64,000 nt of DNA, from contig OZ253442.1 of the NCBI GenBank assembly GCA_965261085.1, positions 2,784,001 to 2,848,000 on the forward strand. Reading direction: 5' to 3'. A model generated the notes under the pieces. That model ran no database searches, had not been told where the DNA came from, and worked only from the letters and a program-made list of their open reading frames with translations. This document shows positions 9,324 through 19,001 of this stretch, piece after piece (position 1 is the first letter of the stretch; the number at the start of each line of letters is the position of its first letter). The stretch is from a bacterium. GTDB taxonomy: Bacteria; UBA8248. The translations under genes and the position numbers were made by a program.

Positions 9324-12300
9324 TTGGTCAACCTGTCGAAATAATTCTCGATCTCGCCGCGCATCCCGCTCGGCAGGCCATCTTTCATCGCCTCCATGAT
9401 CTCTTCCCTGTACTTGGCGGGCACCTTGTACTGTTCCCGGTCGGGTATCAACACCTCACTGAACTGGGTGCCGAGATTGCCGTCTTCCTCCCGCCCCCGC
9501 TGGTTCGAACCGCGCGGTTGGGGAAAATTCGGGTTTCGCGACCACCAGGGCCTGTTCCCGCCCCTGCCCGGCCCCAAAGCGCCGAATCCACGGGGGGTGC
9601 CCAGTCCCAGGCTGCCCCGCTGGGCCATCTGCTGCATGGCCTGCTGCATGGAGTTCTGCCCCTGGGCGAGCTTGCGTATCGCCTCCTCCTCGGGAGGCAC
9701 GGCATGGGAGGAACGGCGTTTCCCCAAAGAGGCGGTGGCCTGCTCCATCGCTTCTCCCGCCTCTGAGATTCTGCGCAGGATGCTCGGGTTGATGAATGGA
9801 TACACCTGCATCATCTGACGCAAGTGCCGCTCGAAAACCCCCAACTTCTTGCGCAAGGACTCCTGCCTGAAGCGCAGGCCGTCGAGCTTTGCGATTTCCG
9901 TGCCGCCTGCGTCTTTTTCTGATTTATCCAGAATCTTCTCGAGGTCCTTGCGCACGTTCTTCCAGGACACAGGCTCTCTCATCGCAAACTGAAGACTCAG
10001 CGACCCGAACAACAACGCAAGGCCATCGATTCCGAGCGCAGACCCAAGCGGCGCAGGCGTAGGACCGATCAAGCCAAACGCAGGTCCAAGCGCGCTCCGA
10101 GCGTCTTGCGCCATCTCCGACACTACCCCCGCGAGGGACCCGGCGCCGGAGTCTTCCTGGCTCTTCGCCACTTTCGGCGCCTCTTCTTCTTTCTTCACTA
10201 CATGCGCGGGAGCGACGCAGGGCGATTCCTCGAGCGTTGCCGCCCATTCCGGCAACCGCTGGAAGATGATTCCCCATTCCCCTTTCTTGAGCATCGCGTC
10301 GAATTCAGAGAGCGCCCGCATTTTCTCGCGCTGAATTTTCTCGGCGCGCGCCTGAGGGGAGAGTTTCTTCTCCTCCGCCACAGCGGGCGGCAGCAATAGC
10401 GGAATCGTCGGCGTCACCGGTTCGGCCTTCTTTGCAGGTTCCGCCTTCGGCAGACAATCTGGCGGGAGCGGCTTGGCGGTCGACTCGCTCGTTTTCTTCC
10501 AATACGCCCGCGCGCTACGTGATACGGTGGCAACATCCTTTGGCCATTTCATCTTCAGGCGATCCACCACGCTCTCGAGCACTCCCACCGTCTCGCCCAG
10601 GATGGCCTGCTGCTCCTTCACGATGGCGGCCAACTCGCTTTGCTGACGCTTGATGGGCCTGCCCCCGCGCTGGCTCATCATCTGCTGGCGCTGCATGCCG
10701 CGCAGCGCATTGCGCATTCTCTGTAGCTGGCTCATCAGGCGCCTGAGCTGCTCCAGGGCGCCCTGGAAATTATTCTTGCGCATCATCTCGCGAATCTGCT
10801 CGAAGGCGCGCATCATGTCCTGCATGGGCATCTCGCGCATGCTGCGCTGGTTCATGAACTCGGCGGGCATGCGCTGGGCCAGCGAAGCCATCTGCTGCAT
10901 CAGTTTACCCAACTGCTCCCTGAGTTTTCCCAACTCCTTCTCCACCCGCCGGAGGGCCTCTTCGTCCGCACCCATTTTGCGCATTTTCTCCAGCGCCTGC
11001 TCGATGGCCCTTTGTCTTTGGAGCATCGATTCCGTCGTGCGGCCCGCCCTGTCCACCCGGACGTTGCGCTGGATTTCCTCCCCCATCGTGGCGAGGCGCT
11101 CCAGCGTTTCCGTCGCCTCCTCCTGCCGGGCGGCTATCTCGCGGTTCAGCCTTTTCTTTTCCTCTTGTGCGTTCTTGCCTAATTTCGACAATCGCGAGAG
11201 GGGTTTTAAGTATTGCGAAATCGCATCCCGCAGTTGGCGTTCCAGAGTGGACAAATCCATGTCGGAGAGCGACTCGCGCGGATTCTTGGGCTTGAGCATC
11301 GCTCTCGTCCGCTTGATCCGATCCAGAATTTTGGCAGCCTTCTTCTCGATGGTTCCGCCTTTGGGGGCGGGCTTCCCCGTTTCCTTCGCTTCTTTGGCCC
11401 TATCTTCCAGCGGCAGATCCTTCTCCAGGTAATCACCCAGCAGGTCGAGGAGTTCGTTCGAAATTTCGCCTAGACTCCTGTCCAGCCCGGCCATCACGGC
11501 TTCCCTGTCGCGTATTTTGATCCGGTAGATTTTACTCGTCCCGATCTTGGGGCCGCTCACCGTATCCACATCCGGTGCGATGAAGCGATAAGAGAGGACT
11601 CCCCCCCGCCGGATGCCCATGCTCCTGAGGTCGAACTCATAGCGGCCAATTACATCGTTCTGGGGAGCCTCACCACCCCACACCTTGATTCTCCTCGGGC
11701 GGCCAGTCCCGAGTCTGGCTTCGAGATACACACTCTTGAGCCCGAAATCATCGGACGCCCGATATTTCACGACTAAGTGCTCGTCGGCCTCCAGCGTGAG
11801 ATCCTTGCCCGGGTGCGTGACCATCACTTTGGGATAGGCGTCGGGGATGATATCGATCTGGTAGCGCTGGGGCGCGAGATTGGAAAACCCGTTCGCATCC
11901 TTCAAGCGAACCTGATAAGAGCCCGCTCCGCCGAGGATCATCTTCCCGCTCAACGAATCGCCGCCCTCTGAGGGCTTGAGCGGCAATCGCCAGCCGTCGG
12001 CCAGTGCGATGAGCGATTCCTGAACCGGTTTGTTCGTCTTCACGGTCAAGTCCACCTCGGACCCCATGTAGGCCCGGATATGACCGCCATTCCCCCCCAT
12101 GCCGGGTTTGAGCTTCGTATACTCGGGTGGATAGTGAAGCACTTCGATGGATTCCACCCTGGGCGGGGCGACCACGCGAACCTCGATCGTCCGCGAACGG
12201 AACCTGCCCGTACGCGCAGTGATGCGCGCATCGGCTCCGGCCGCCAGCCAGCGAGCGCGGAAATGGTGAGGGGCCGTTTTCTCCATCCCGATGGTCGATA

Positions 12301-13012
12301 CGGACCCGGAACCCTGCTGCACCTCCAACTCCACGGAACTCGTCTCACGCCCTCTGGTCTTGACTTCAAGGGTCGTGGGCATCCCGGGAAGAAGCGTCGT
12401 GCGCTCCGCCAAAATCTCCAGGTGAGTGATGCGCAAGGGCATGAGGTCCGCCGCGTTCGCGAGAAGATAACCCGCTCGCGGATAGAGCCCCGGCCAGATG
12501 AACGCCATAAGAAGCACCGCGATGATCAGAACACCGGCGAGCCGCCCGAGCCTTTGAAACCCGGCCTGAGAGACGTAGGCCTCCGGGTCGAGGGATTCCA
12601 CCTCTCGGCTGGTATCGTTCACCAGCGCATCGATGAGCGCGGGCGAGGTGGGGTCGTCATCGCCGAGTTCTCCTTTACGCGGGAAAAGCTGCAGCGAACT
12701 GATGAGGTTGCTGCCCAGGTCCGGATGGGTATCTTCGATGTCGAGGGCGATTCTCTGCCGCCAGGGCCGGCGAGTGGACAGCCACCAGCAGCGGATGAGC
12801 ATCGCGCCCAGCAGAAGTATCGACAGCCCGGCGTAGATGATGGCGGAATAACCGAAGCGAGGCTGCAAGACGACTGCCGCCGGAGCGAGCAGCAATACGG
12901 CCAAAACGCCCACCAGCAGAACCATCCCCGCCTCGAGGCGCCGGACCTTGAGGCGAGCGCGAATCACGGAATCGAGAAACTGGGTTATCTTCTTGAAAGA
13001 TTGCTCGGCCAT
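9320..13012 (-). CDS. DUF4175-like membrane-anchored protein with Ig-like domains and a long Gln/Met-rich coiled coil
   Basis: Three N-terminal TMs, YPPEYT, IPDAYP..DDFGL motifs, Q/M-rich coiled coil, C-terminal VPAKYREEIMEAMK..YFDRL. Start set at ATG 13012 after an AGGA SD. Confidence 0.75.
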   Translation of the reverse strand: MAEQSFKKITQFLDSVIRARLKVRRLEAGMVLLVGVLAVLLLAPAAVVLQPRFGYSAIIYAGLSILLLGAMLIRCWWLSTRRPWRQRIALDIEDTHPDLGSNLISSLQLFPRKGELGDDDPTSPALIDALVNDTSREVESLDPEAYVSQAGFQRLGRLAGVLIIAVLLMAFIWPGLYPRAGYLLANAADLMPLRITHLEILAERTTLLPGMPTTLEVKTRGRETSSVELEVQQGSGSVSTIGMEKTAPHHFRARWLAAGADARITARTGRFRSRTIEVRVVAPPRVESIEVLHYPPEYTKLKPGMGGNGGHIRAYMGSEVDLTVKTNKPVQESLIALADGWRLPLKPSEGGDSLSGKMILGGAGSYQVRLKDANGFSNLAPQRYQIDIIPDAYPKVMVTHPGKDLTLEADEHLVVKYRASDDFGLKSVYLEARLGTGRPRRIKVWGGEAPQNDVIGRYEFDLRSMGIRRGGVLSYRFIAPDVDTVSGPKIGTSKIYRIKIRDREAVMAGLDRSLGEISNELLDLLGDYLEKDLPLEDRAKEAKETGKPAPKGGTIEKKAAKILDRIKRTRAMLKPKNPRESLSDMDLSTLERQLRDAISQYLKPLSRLSKLGKNAQEEKKRLNREIAARQEEATETLERLATMGEEIQRNVRVDRAGRTTESMLQRQRAIEQALEKMRKMGADEEALRRVEKELGKLREQLGKLMQQMASLAQRMPAEFMNQRSMREMPMQDMMRAFEQIREMMRKNNFQGALEQLRRLMSQLQRMRNALRGMQRQQMMSQRGGRPIKRQQSELAAIVKEQQAILGETVGVLESVVDRLKMKWPKDVATVSRSARAYWKKTSESTAKPLPPDCLPKAEPAKKAEPVTPTIPLLLPPAVAEEKKLSPQARAEKIQREKMRALSEFDAMLKKGEWGIIFQRLPEWAATLEESPCVAPAHVVKKEEEAPKVAKSQEDSGAGSLAGVVSEMAQDARSALGPAFGLIGPTPAPLGSALGIDGLALLFGSLSLQFAMREPVSWKNVRKDLEKILDKSEKDAGGTEIAKLDGLRFRQESLRKKLGVFERHLRQMMQVYPFINPSILRRISEAGEAMEQATASLGKRRSSHAVPPEEEAIRKLAQGQNSMQQAMQQMAQRGSLGLGTPRGFGALGPGRGGNRPWWSRNPNFPQPRGSNQRGREEDGNLGTQFSEVLIPDREQYKVPAKYREEIMEAMKDGLPSGMRGEIENYFDRLTK

Positions 13013-13074
13013 CTCTCGTTTCCTTCCCCTGAGTGAACGGCGAGGAGCATGAAATGACAATTAAATTGTAGTAC

Positions 13075-13102
13075 ATGACGAAAATTACCGCACGTTCGTC
13101 AT
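13075..13102. promoter_or_regulatory. Inverted repeat beside a candidate internal -10 box (TACAAT, minus strand) upstream of the DUF4175 gene
   Basis: ATGACGAA-N12-TTCGTCAT, with TACAAT on the minus strand 4 nt downstream. Confidence 0.35.
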
Positions 13103-13129
13103 AAAAAACCGTGCCTCGGCTTTCTCAGA

Positions 13130-15475
13130 CTAAGCCAGCCCCCAAAGCCGCCGGATGGTCCACTCCAGACCCGGCAGCAGAATGAGAATCATCCCGATCC
13201 AGGGAATGCTCCAGAGCCGCACGTCGCGCACTTCCATCACCCTGTGCGGCACCTTGCCTTTCAAAGCGCCCAGGACGCGGGCGGTCAAATCTTCTTTCCC
13301 CACCGCGTCGGAGCGAAAAAACAGCCCGCCTGTGTTTTTCGCCAGCGTTTGCAGGTTCTCCCAGCGCGGGCTGACGTCGGCCCACTCCGCCTTGCCCGCC
13401 TCGCGTCCGATGCCGATCGTCCGAACCGCCTCGCCGATGACCTGCCCATCCTGGACGGCCGTCATCCTCGCTCGATAGCTCCCGTTCCCCCGGGGGCGAA
13501 AGTGAATCTCGAATTCCCGGGAATCTGGACGATAGGCCGCGCGATACCGGCTGGTGACGCCATAGGGATCGCGAAGCTGCACCTGCACCCGCGCCGCCTG
13601 GGCAGGCTGATAGGATTCGTCCCGCACCTGCATCCTGAGGACGTAGATTCCATCCTTCGTCTGCTCCGCCTCGGGAAGTATCTGGACCTGCGAGCTTCCG
13701 GGGTCGTCCGAGAGCCAGCGGATCATCTGCGCGACCAGGCGGATGTAGAGGCGATTCGTCTTCTCCGCCGCCACCATCCCGAAATTCCATCGCCAGACAT
13801 CGTCCGAGAAAACGGTCACCACCCTGCCTTCGCCGATCCGCTTCGTGGCGAGGAGAGGGACCCCACCGTCTTTCGCGGAAACGAGAATCTGCCCTTTTCC
13901 GAACGGCGTCGTCGAATTGACGCGCCTCAAGGGAGGAAAAGCGGTCCAGAGTTTTTTGTTCTCCTCAAGGTCAGAGGAGAGCTGGGTGATGGGATGTCTG
14001 CCGCCGGTGGGCGTAAGCTGAGCGAGCAGGCGTCTTTTGTCTTGATAATCACTTTCCTGCTGCAAGCGCACGGGCAGAAGATCCTCGATGGGGCTTCGGT
14101 AATATCCGCCTGCGCTAAAGGATTGTCTGCCGCCGAACACGAGCAGCGACCCTCCTTTTCGAACGTACTCTCCCACACGCTTGAGGTAGTAGTTGCTGAA
14201 ATACTCCTGGGCGGAGAAATTATCGAAAACCACGATCTCGAAATTCTTGAGTTCTTCTAAAAACAGCTTGTCCACCGGGAATGGCACGAGGCTCAGGTGT
14301 CGCGTTGGAACACCCGGGTCATCCTCCGATGTCCTCAAAAAGACGAACGACACGAGATCGATGGCGGGATCCCGCTTGAGCGCCATGCGCAAAAACCGAT
14401 AGTTCCACGTGGGAGAGCCCGTAATCGTCAACACCCGAATCTTGTCCCGCCTCACTTCCAGGGGAATCTCTACACGATTGTTCGACTCCACGATTTCGCC
14501 GCGCTGAACGGGTGTAACCACGCTCAATACCTGGCTCCCCACTTCACTCGGCGTAAAACGGAATTTCACGAGACGGCGCAACGGACTGCGCCTGACGTCT
14601 ATCGACTGCGTCCTGATAATGCGGCCCTCGCGCGTCAGGGCAACCGGCAGCTTACGGCCCGAAAAACCCTTTACCGAGAGCGAAACCTCCAGACTCATCT
14701 CCTTTCCCTGAAAGGCGATGCGCGGGGCCTGTATGTCCTGAATAGCGATGTCCCGAAAAGAATCCGGCGCCCCGAAGCCCACCCCGATCAGGGGCGGAAA
14801 GGATTTCACGTCCCCGGGCGGAAGAATCGCCTCGGTTGTATCCCCTCCATCCGAGAGCATCAAAATGCCGAGGGGGCCGTCTTGATTATTTTGATCCCTC
14901 TTTCCCGCCGGAGCGCGCGCCTCCCGGGCGCTTTGCAGAGCGCTCCGGATAGCGCCGAGAGGGTCACTGCCCACGCCTTTGGCCTGAAGGTTTTCGATCT
15001 CCCGCACTCCAATGGGGGTTCTGTGCGCATCGTAGTGGGCGAGTTGCACGTCGTAGAACTTTCTGAGACCGGTGAGCAGGCTCGTCGGCGCATCTCCCTG
15101 CTCCCCCACTTCGGGGGTCTGCGATTTTCCGGGCTTTTTCGGAACCAACAGAAAATCTTTTGCTAAATCGATGCGCGATTTCTTCCTGTTCGCATCCTGA
15201 ACGCTCATGCTCGCCGAACTGTCGACGAGAACGAGCAGCTTGGGCGGCAGGGAGCGCTCGCGCTTGTCGATCAGCGTGGGACCGGCGAGGAAAAAGACGA
15301 TTGCGGCATACAGCAGGCCCCTGAGTCCCTGAAGAAGCCAGACGCGCCTCGGCGGGAGTTTTTCGGTCAAGTCGCGATGTCTGCGAACGAGCGCCCAGCC
15401 CAGCACGGCCGCCACGAGGACGAGCAACCACCAGGGAGCGCCGCCGGGCCAATGGAGTGTGGACCAGTCCATCAT
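13130..15475 (-). CDS. Membrane protein with vWA and glutamine-amidotransferase-like (GATase1/DUF1355-like) domains
   Basis: Two N-terminal TMs, MIDAS DSSAS, LSDGG, GSPTWNYRFL, YVRKGGSLLVFGG, WRW, C-terminal EWTIRRLWGLA. Confidence 0.8.
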   Translation of the reverse strand: MMDWSTLHWPGGAPWWLLVLVAAVLGWALVRRHRDLTEKLPPRRVWLLQGLRGLLYAAIVFFLAGPTLIDKRERSLPPKLLVLVDSSASMSVQDANRKKSRIDLAKDFLLVPKKPGKSQTPEVGEQGDAPTSLLTGLRKFYDVQLAHYDAHRTPIGVREIENLQAKGVGSDPLGAIRSALQSAREARAPAGKRDQNNQDGPLGILMLSDGGDTTEAILPPGDVKSFPPLIGVGFGAPDSFRDIAIQDIQAPRIAFQGKEMSLEVSLSVKGFSGRKLPVALTREGRIIRTQSIDVRRSPLRRLVKFRFTPSEVGSQVLSVVTPVQRGEIVESNNRVEIPLEVRRDKIRVLTITGSPTWNYRFLRMALKRDPAIDLVSFVFLRTSEDDPGVPTRHLSLVPFPVDKLFLEELKNFEIVVFDNFSAQEYFSNYYLKRVGEYVRKGGSLLVFGGRQSFSAGGYYRSPIEDLLPVRLQQESDYQDKRRLLAQLTPTGGRHPITQLSSDLEENKKLWTAFPPLRRVNSTTPFGKGQILVSAKDGGVPLLATKRIGEGRVVTVFSDDVWRWNFGMVAAEKTNRLYIRLVAQMIRWLSDDPGSSQVQILPEAEQTKDGIYVLRMQVRDESYQPAQAARVQVQLRDPYGVTSRYRAAYRPDSREFEIHFRPRGNGSYRARMTAVQDGQVIGEAVRTIGIGREAGKAEWADVSPRWENLQTLAKNTGGLFFRSDAVGKEDLTARVLGALKGKVPHRVMEVRDVRLWSIPWIGMILILLPGLEWTIRRLWGLA

Positions 15476-16324
15476 CTATCCCTGGTTCAATCTGCGCTGG
15501 ATGAAGGGGTGGTGGATGAGGTCTTGCTTGTAGTTGCCCGTCATCGCGTAGAGAGCGATGTTCACCGCCAGATGGAAGGCCGCGAGGCGCTGGGCCTCAC
15601 CGCCAGGGGTGCATTCTTCGAGCCATCCGCCGCCGGGACCCCTCGCCCAGGCGCCGCCCAGGTCGTTTTGGCAAAAGATGACGGGCGTGATCATGCCCAC
15701 GTGAATACCCTGCAGGTCCTGGCTGACGGCCTGGCGTCCGCCGACGGAGCGAATCAGATAATAACTCTTAAAAACGGCGTGCTCGCGCTGGAGCGCCTCA
15801 AAAGAATTTCTGGGAAAAACCAGGCGCATGAGTTTTTTAGCGGCGCCACCGAAGGCCTCTTCTTCAAGCCCGAGGCCATCGTCGATCAGCAAGAACCCCC
15901 CGTAGGTGAGGTGACGCCTCAGATTGTCTATCGCCCTCGAGTCGGGCATCTCGAATTCGTAGCGTCCCGACATATACAAAAAAGGATATTCGAAAATTTC
16001 GGGCGATGAGATGTCCACTGGCTGCGCATCCTGCGCGGTTTCGATGCTCGTGCGATTTCTCACCTCAGTAAGGAAAGACGCCATGGCCGTGGGATATTCC
16101 TGCCAGCGTCCGCCGGAATAGCGAAGTTGCGCCGGCGTGAAATCGGGACGAAAAACTTTTTCATCCTCCGAGGAGCGCGGGAAAAGATTCTTCTGCCACT
16201 CGCTCACAGGAGGAGGAGACTGCGCTTTCGCCCCTCCGGGGAAGCCGAGCAGCGCGGTCGCAGCCATCGCTGCGCGAGCGATGAACGCCCGGCGGCTCAA
16301 GGATGATTTATGGAACATCGACAT
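15476..16324 (-). CDS. DUF4159 domain protein with a twin-arginine (Tat) signal
   Basis: SRRAFIARAAMAA..AKA Tat leader; YPFLYMSG, LRRHLTYGGFLLIDD, NDLGGAW, VNIALYAMTGNYKQD. Confidence 0.85.
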   Translation of the reverse strand: MSMFHKSSLSRRAFIARAAMAATALLGFPGGAKAQSPPPVSEWQKNLFPRSSEDEKVFRPDFTPAQLRYSGGRWQEYPTAMASFLTEVRNRTSIETAQDAQPVDISSPEIFEYPFLYMSGRYEFEMPDSRAIDNLRRHLTYGGFLLIDDGLGLEEEAFGGAAKKLMRLVFPRNSFEALQREHAVFKSYYLIRSVGGRQAVSQDLQGIHVGMITPVIFCQNDLGGAWARGPGGGWLEECTPGGEAQRLAAFHLAVNIALYAMTGNYKQDLIHHPFIQRRLNQG

Positions 16325-17129
16325 CTGGCAATACCACGTAAGTTGTCGGAGGAGGGAGTCTTTTTCTCGTCAAAACAAGCTCGGTGTCCTTCGGTCGAAG
16401 AACTCTGGTGATGCCCTCGGCCTTCAGAGCCTTTCCGAACTCTCCAGTCAATTCGGGACCAAAATAGTGCATCGGTATCACGATATTGGGTCCGATGCGC
16501 TTGACGATCTTGGCCGCCACTTCGTGGGGCACGGTGAAGGAGCCGTCGATCGGGAGCAGAAGCACGTGAATTTTCCCCAGCGCCCGAATTTGTCCGGGCG
16601 ATGGGCCGAAGCGCGCGTTCCCAAAGTGCGCGACGCAAAGCCCGCCCGCCTGAAAGACGTGGATGGTGTTGAGCACGAAGGGATGGTTCTCGTCCCCGTC
16701 GACCTGGGGGAAAGAAGAGATTCTCAGGTTCCCGAATTTTTCGTCGATTGCGTTGGGCTTTCCCTCTTTCGTCACGCCGAAGAAAATCGCCGACTTGCCC
16801 ACGTAGGGTCCCGTGATGGAGTGGGTCTCATGAAAATTACTGACGGTGACGGCCTCGGGCGGCGGATCAAGAATGGGGATGACGTAGGGGTCCATCACGG
16901 CCCGCCCGCCACCCGGCGCGCTGATCAGGAAACTCGAATGGCCCAGGTATTTGAGCCGCACCTCGCGAGTTCGCCGAACACTCGCCCAACCGCCTCTCAT
17001 CGAAACGGGGATAAAGCGCCCATCGAGGCGGACGATCCCCGGCTTGCAGATGCCCTCGGCAGCCCATGCGAGAGTGGATGAGAGGATGAGCGCAGATAAG
17101 ACGAGAAAAGCCGAAAAAATGGCTCTCAT
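16308..17129 (-). CDS. Secreted MBL-fold metallo-hydrolase
   Basis: YLGHSSFLI, VTVSNFHETH (variant of HxHxDH), HFGN, LLLPIDG, VIPMHY; signal peptide from ATG 17129. Confidence 0.75.
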   Translation of the reverse strand: MRAIFSAFLVLSALILSSTLAWAAEGICKPGIVRLDGRFIPVSMRGGWASVRRTREVRLKYLGHSSFLISAPGGGRAVMDPYVIPILDPPPEAVTVSNFHETHSITGPYVGKSAIFFGVTKEGKPNAIDEKFGNLRISSFPQVDGDENHPFVLNTIHVFQAGGLCVAHFGNARFGPSPGQIRALGKIHVLLLPIDGSFTVPHEVAAKIVKRIGPNIVIPMHYFGPELTGEFGKALKAEGITRVLRPKDTELVLTRKRLPPPTTYVVLPDVDVP

Positions 17130-17386
17130 CACCGGAAAGCAATCTTTTCGGCGCGGAAAAGAGCAACGTTTCCCAGAGGTGGGGTTCAATATGTCGTCCC
17201 CCGTAACGACATCGCTACGACATTGCGATGTCAGCAAAGCGACAACGCGGCGGCAGTGCGAATGACCTATTCTACAGCATTTATACCATTCGTGAATAGT
17301 CAGCCCCCAAACTCCGGCCTTTCATCCAAGCAGACAGACTGCTGTATACTAGGCGCATATGCATCCTAGAAAAGGGAAAACATCCC

Positions 17387-18178
17387 ATGTTCAAAAAAAT
17401 GATGAGCCTTACAATCATTGCGCTGGTATTATCGGTCATATCCCCCGCGGCCCATAGCGCGGAGATTTCGATCCCGATCACCGGCCCAGACGGTCACCTG
17501 TATGATGGAAACCTCTATCTGCCGAACGCAACAATCCCCGTGCCTATCGTGGTGATGATCCCCGGAACGGACGGCGTGGATCAACGACACAGCTTCTACC
17601 GAGCCCGCCTGCTGCCTCTGGGCATCGGAACATACTCCCTCGACATCAAGTCCGGCGTGTTCACCAGCAGCCGCAACCGCCCGCCAGTTAAGCATTTCCT
17701 ACCCGTCGTGGTCGAGGCGTTGCGCTCGCTTCGCAAACGTCCCGAGATTGACGGGAATCGTATCGCCATCATGGGATGGTCATTTGGTGGCGCGGTGGCG
17801 TTACGCCTTGTGCAGCGCCGATATACCGATGAGTTGCTCAACTCAGGAGAAGGCGCCTTTGCGGCCTATGCGGGAATCTACGGAGGCTGCGCCCGTAGGG
17901 ACTACTTGCTACTGGATGTTCCCATATTGGTGGTCATGGGAACCGCCGACACAATCACTAACCCGGAAAAGTGCGAGCGTTTCGCCACGCTTTACCCGAG
18001 AGCGCTTTACCCGAACATCAAGGTGATCTTCCTGGAAGGCGCACACCACGGATTCGACAAGGAAGGCGTCGACAAAAACCGACGTGGTAGAATCATGCGG
18101 TGGGATGCCGAGGCGGCCGCCATATCGCTCGATCGCGTAACCAAATTTTTCAAAAAGCATCTTAAAAAGGGAAACTGA
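17387..18178 (+). CDS. Secreted dienelactone hydrolase-family alpha/beta hydrolase
   Basis: Signal peptide, GWSFGG nucleophile elbow, GTAD, GAHHGFD. Confidence 0.85.
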   Translation: MFKKMMSLTIIALVLSVISPAAHSAEISIPITGPDGHLYDGNLYLPNATIPVPIVVMIPGTDGVDQRHSFYRARLLPLGIGTYSLDIKSGVFTSSRNRPPVKHFLPVVVEALRSLRKRPEIDGNRIAIMGWSFGGAVALRLVQRRYTDELLNSGEGAFAAYAGIYGGCARRDYLLLDVPILVVMGTADTITNPEKCERFATLYPRALYPNIKVIFLEGAHHGFDKEGVDKNRRGRIMRWDAEAAAISLDRVTKFFKKHLKKGN

Positions 18179-18233
18179 GACACTACCCCACGTCGGCGAG
18201 CAAAACCGACAACGCAGCTTCCCTTTCTCCCCC

Positions 18234-18851
18234 TCACCCGCGCGGCGCTTCGCTCCCGAAGGTCGCGCGCCACGGAGAAATCCATATCGCCACGAGCAGT
18301 ATGCACGCCTTGAGCATATCCGTGATGACGTAGGCGCCGTGGTAGCGCCCGAATTCATCTTTCAGGGCAGGCGTATTCCCCGAAGCCTCGGCACTCGTCA
18401 GGATTCTTCCGAGCGCTTCTATTTTCGGCGAGAACCAAAAGACGTGCGCACACACGATGAGAAGCAGACACCCGGCCAGCGCGAGCGGCGCAACGCTCAT
18501 CCGCCCTGCCCGCCAAATGAGAAAAAACAACAAGACGCAAAAAATGAGTTGCAGACGATTCCAGGCCTCGAAAATGCGGGCGTTCACTTCTCTCGCGGCC
18601 ATGCGGGCCTTGATTTCCGTCGTCGAGGCGGGTTCGAACAGCTTCGACGCCACCGGGTTTTTCTCCACATCGAACGTATCGAATGAATTCGTCGCCACCC
18701 ACCAAACGCCCAGCGTGAGGGCGAGCCACGATACGAGAAGGGCGAAATGAAAAGAGCGAACCAAAGCGGCCAAACCGAACTCCTCGTGCCGGCTGCGAAA
18801 TATCCCCCCGCGAAGACTCCCAATGTACTCGACAAGCGCGGCGGCTCTCAA
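18234..18851 (-). CDS. DUF4149/TMEM205-like four-TM membrane protein
   Basis: Four hydrophobic segments and an EFGRYHG motif before the last TM. Start uncertain. Confidence 0.55.
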   Translation of the reverse strand: MRAAALVEYIGSLRGGIFRSRHEEFGLAALVRSFHFALLVSWLALTLGVWWVATNSFDTFDVEKNPVASKLFEPASTTEIKARMAAREVNARIFEAWNRLQLIFCVLLFFLIWRAGRMSVAPLALAGCLLLIVCAHVFWFSPKIEALGRILTSAEASGNTPALKDEFGRYHGAYVITDMLKACILLVAIWISPWRATFGSEAPRG

Positions 18852-19001
18852 CCATCACCCCGGGTAGAATCACGCCCGCGCATGAGTGCGAAAAGCCGGG
18901 TCACCTCCCCGCCACCCATCGCCCGGAAATATAGCTGGACACCGCGCGCGGCGAACCCTTAGAATAATTCGTGTTGTGTCGCGACTCACGGGGAGACTGC
19001 A

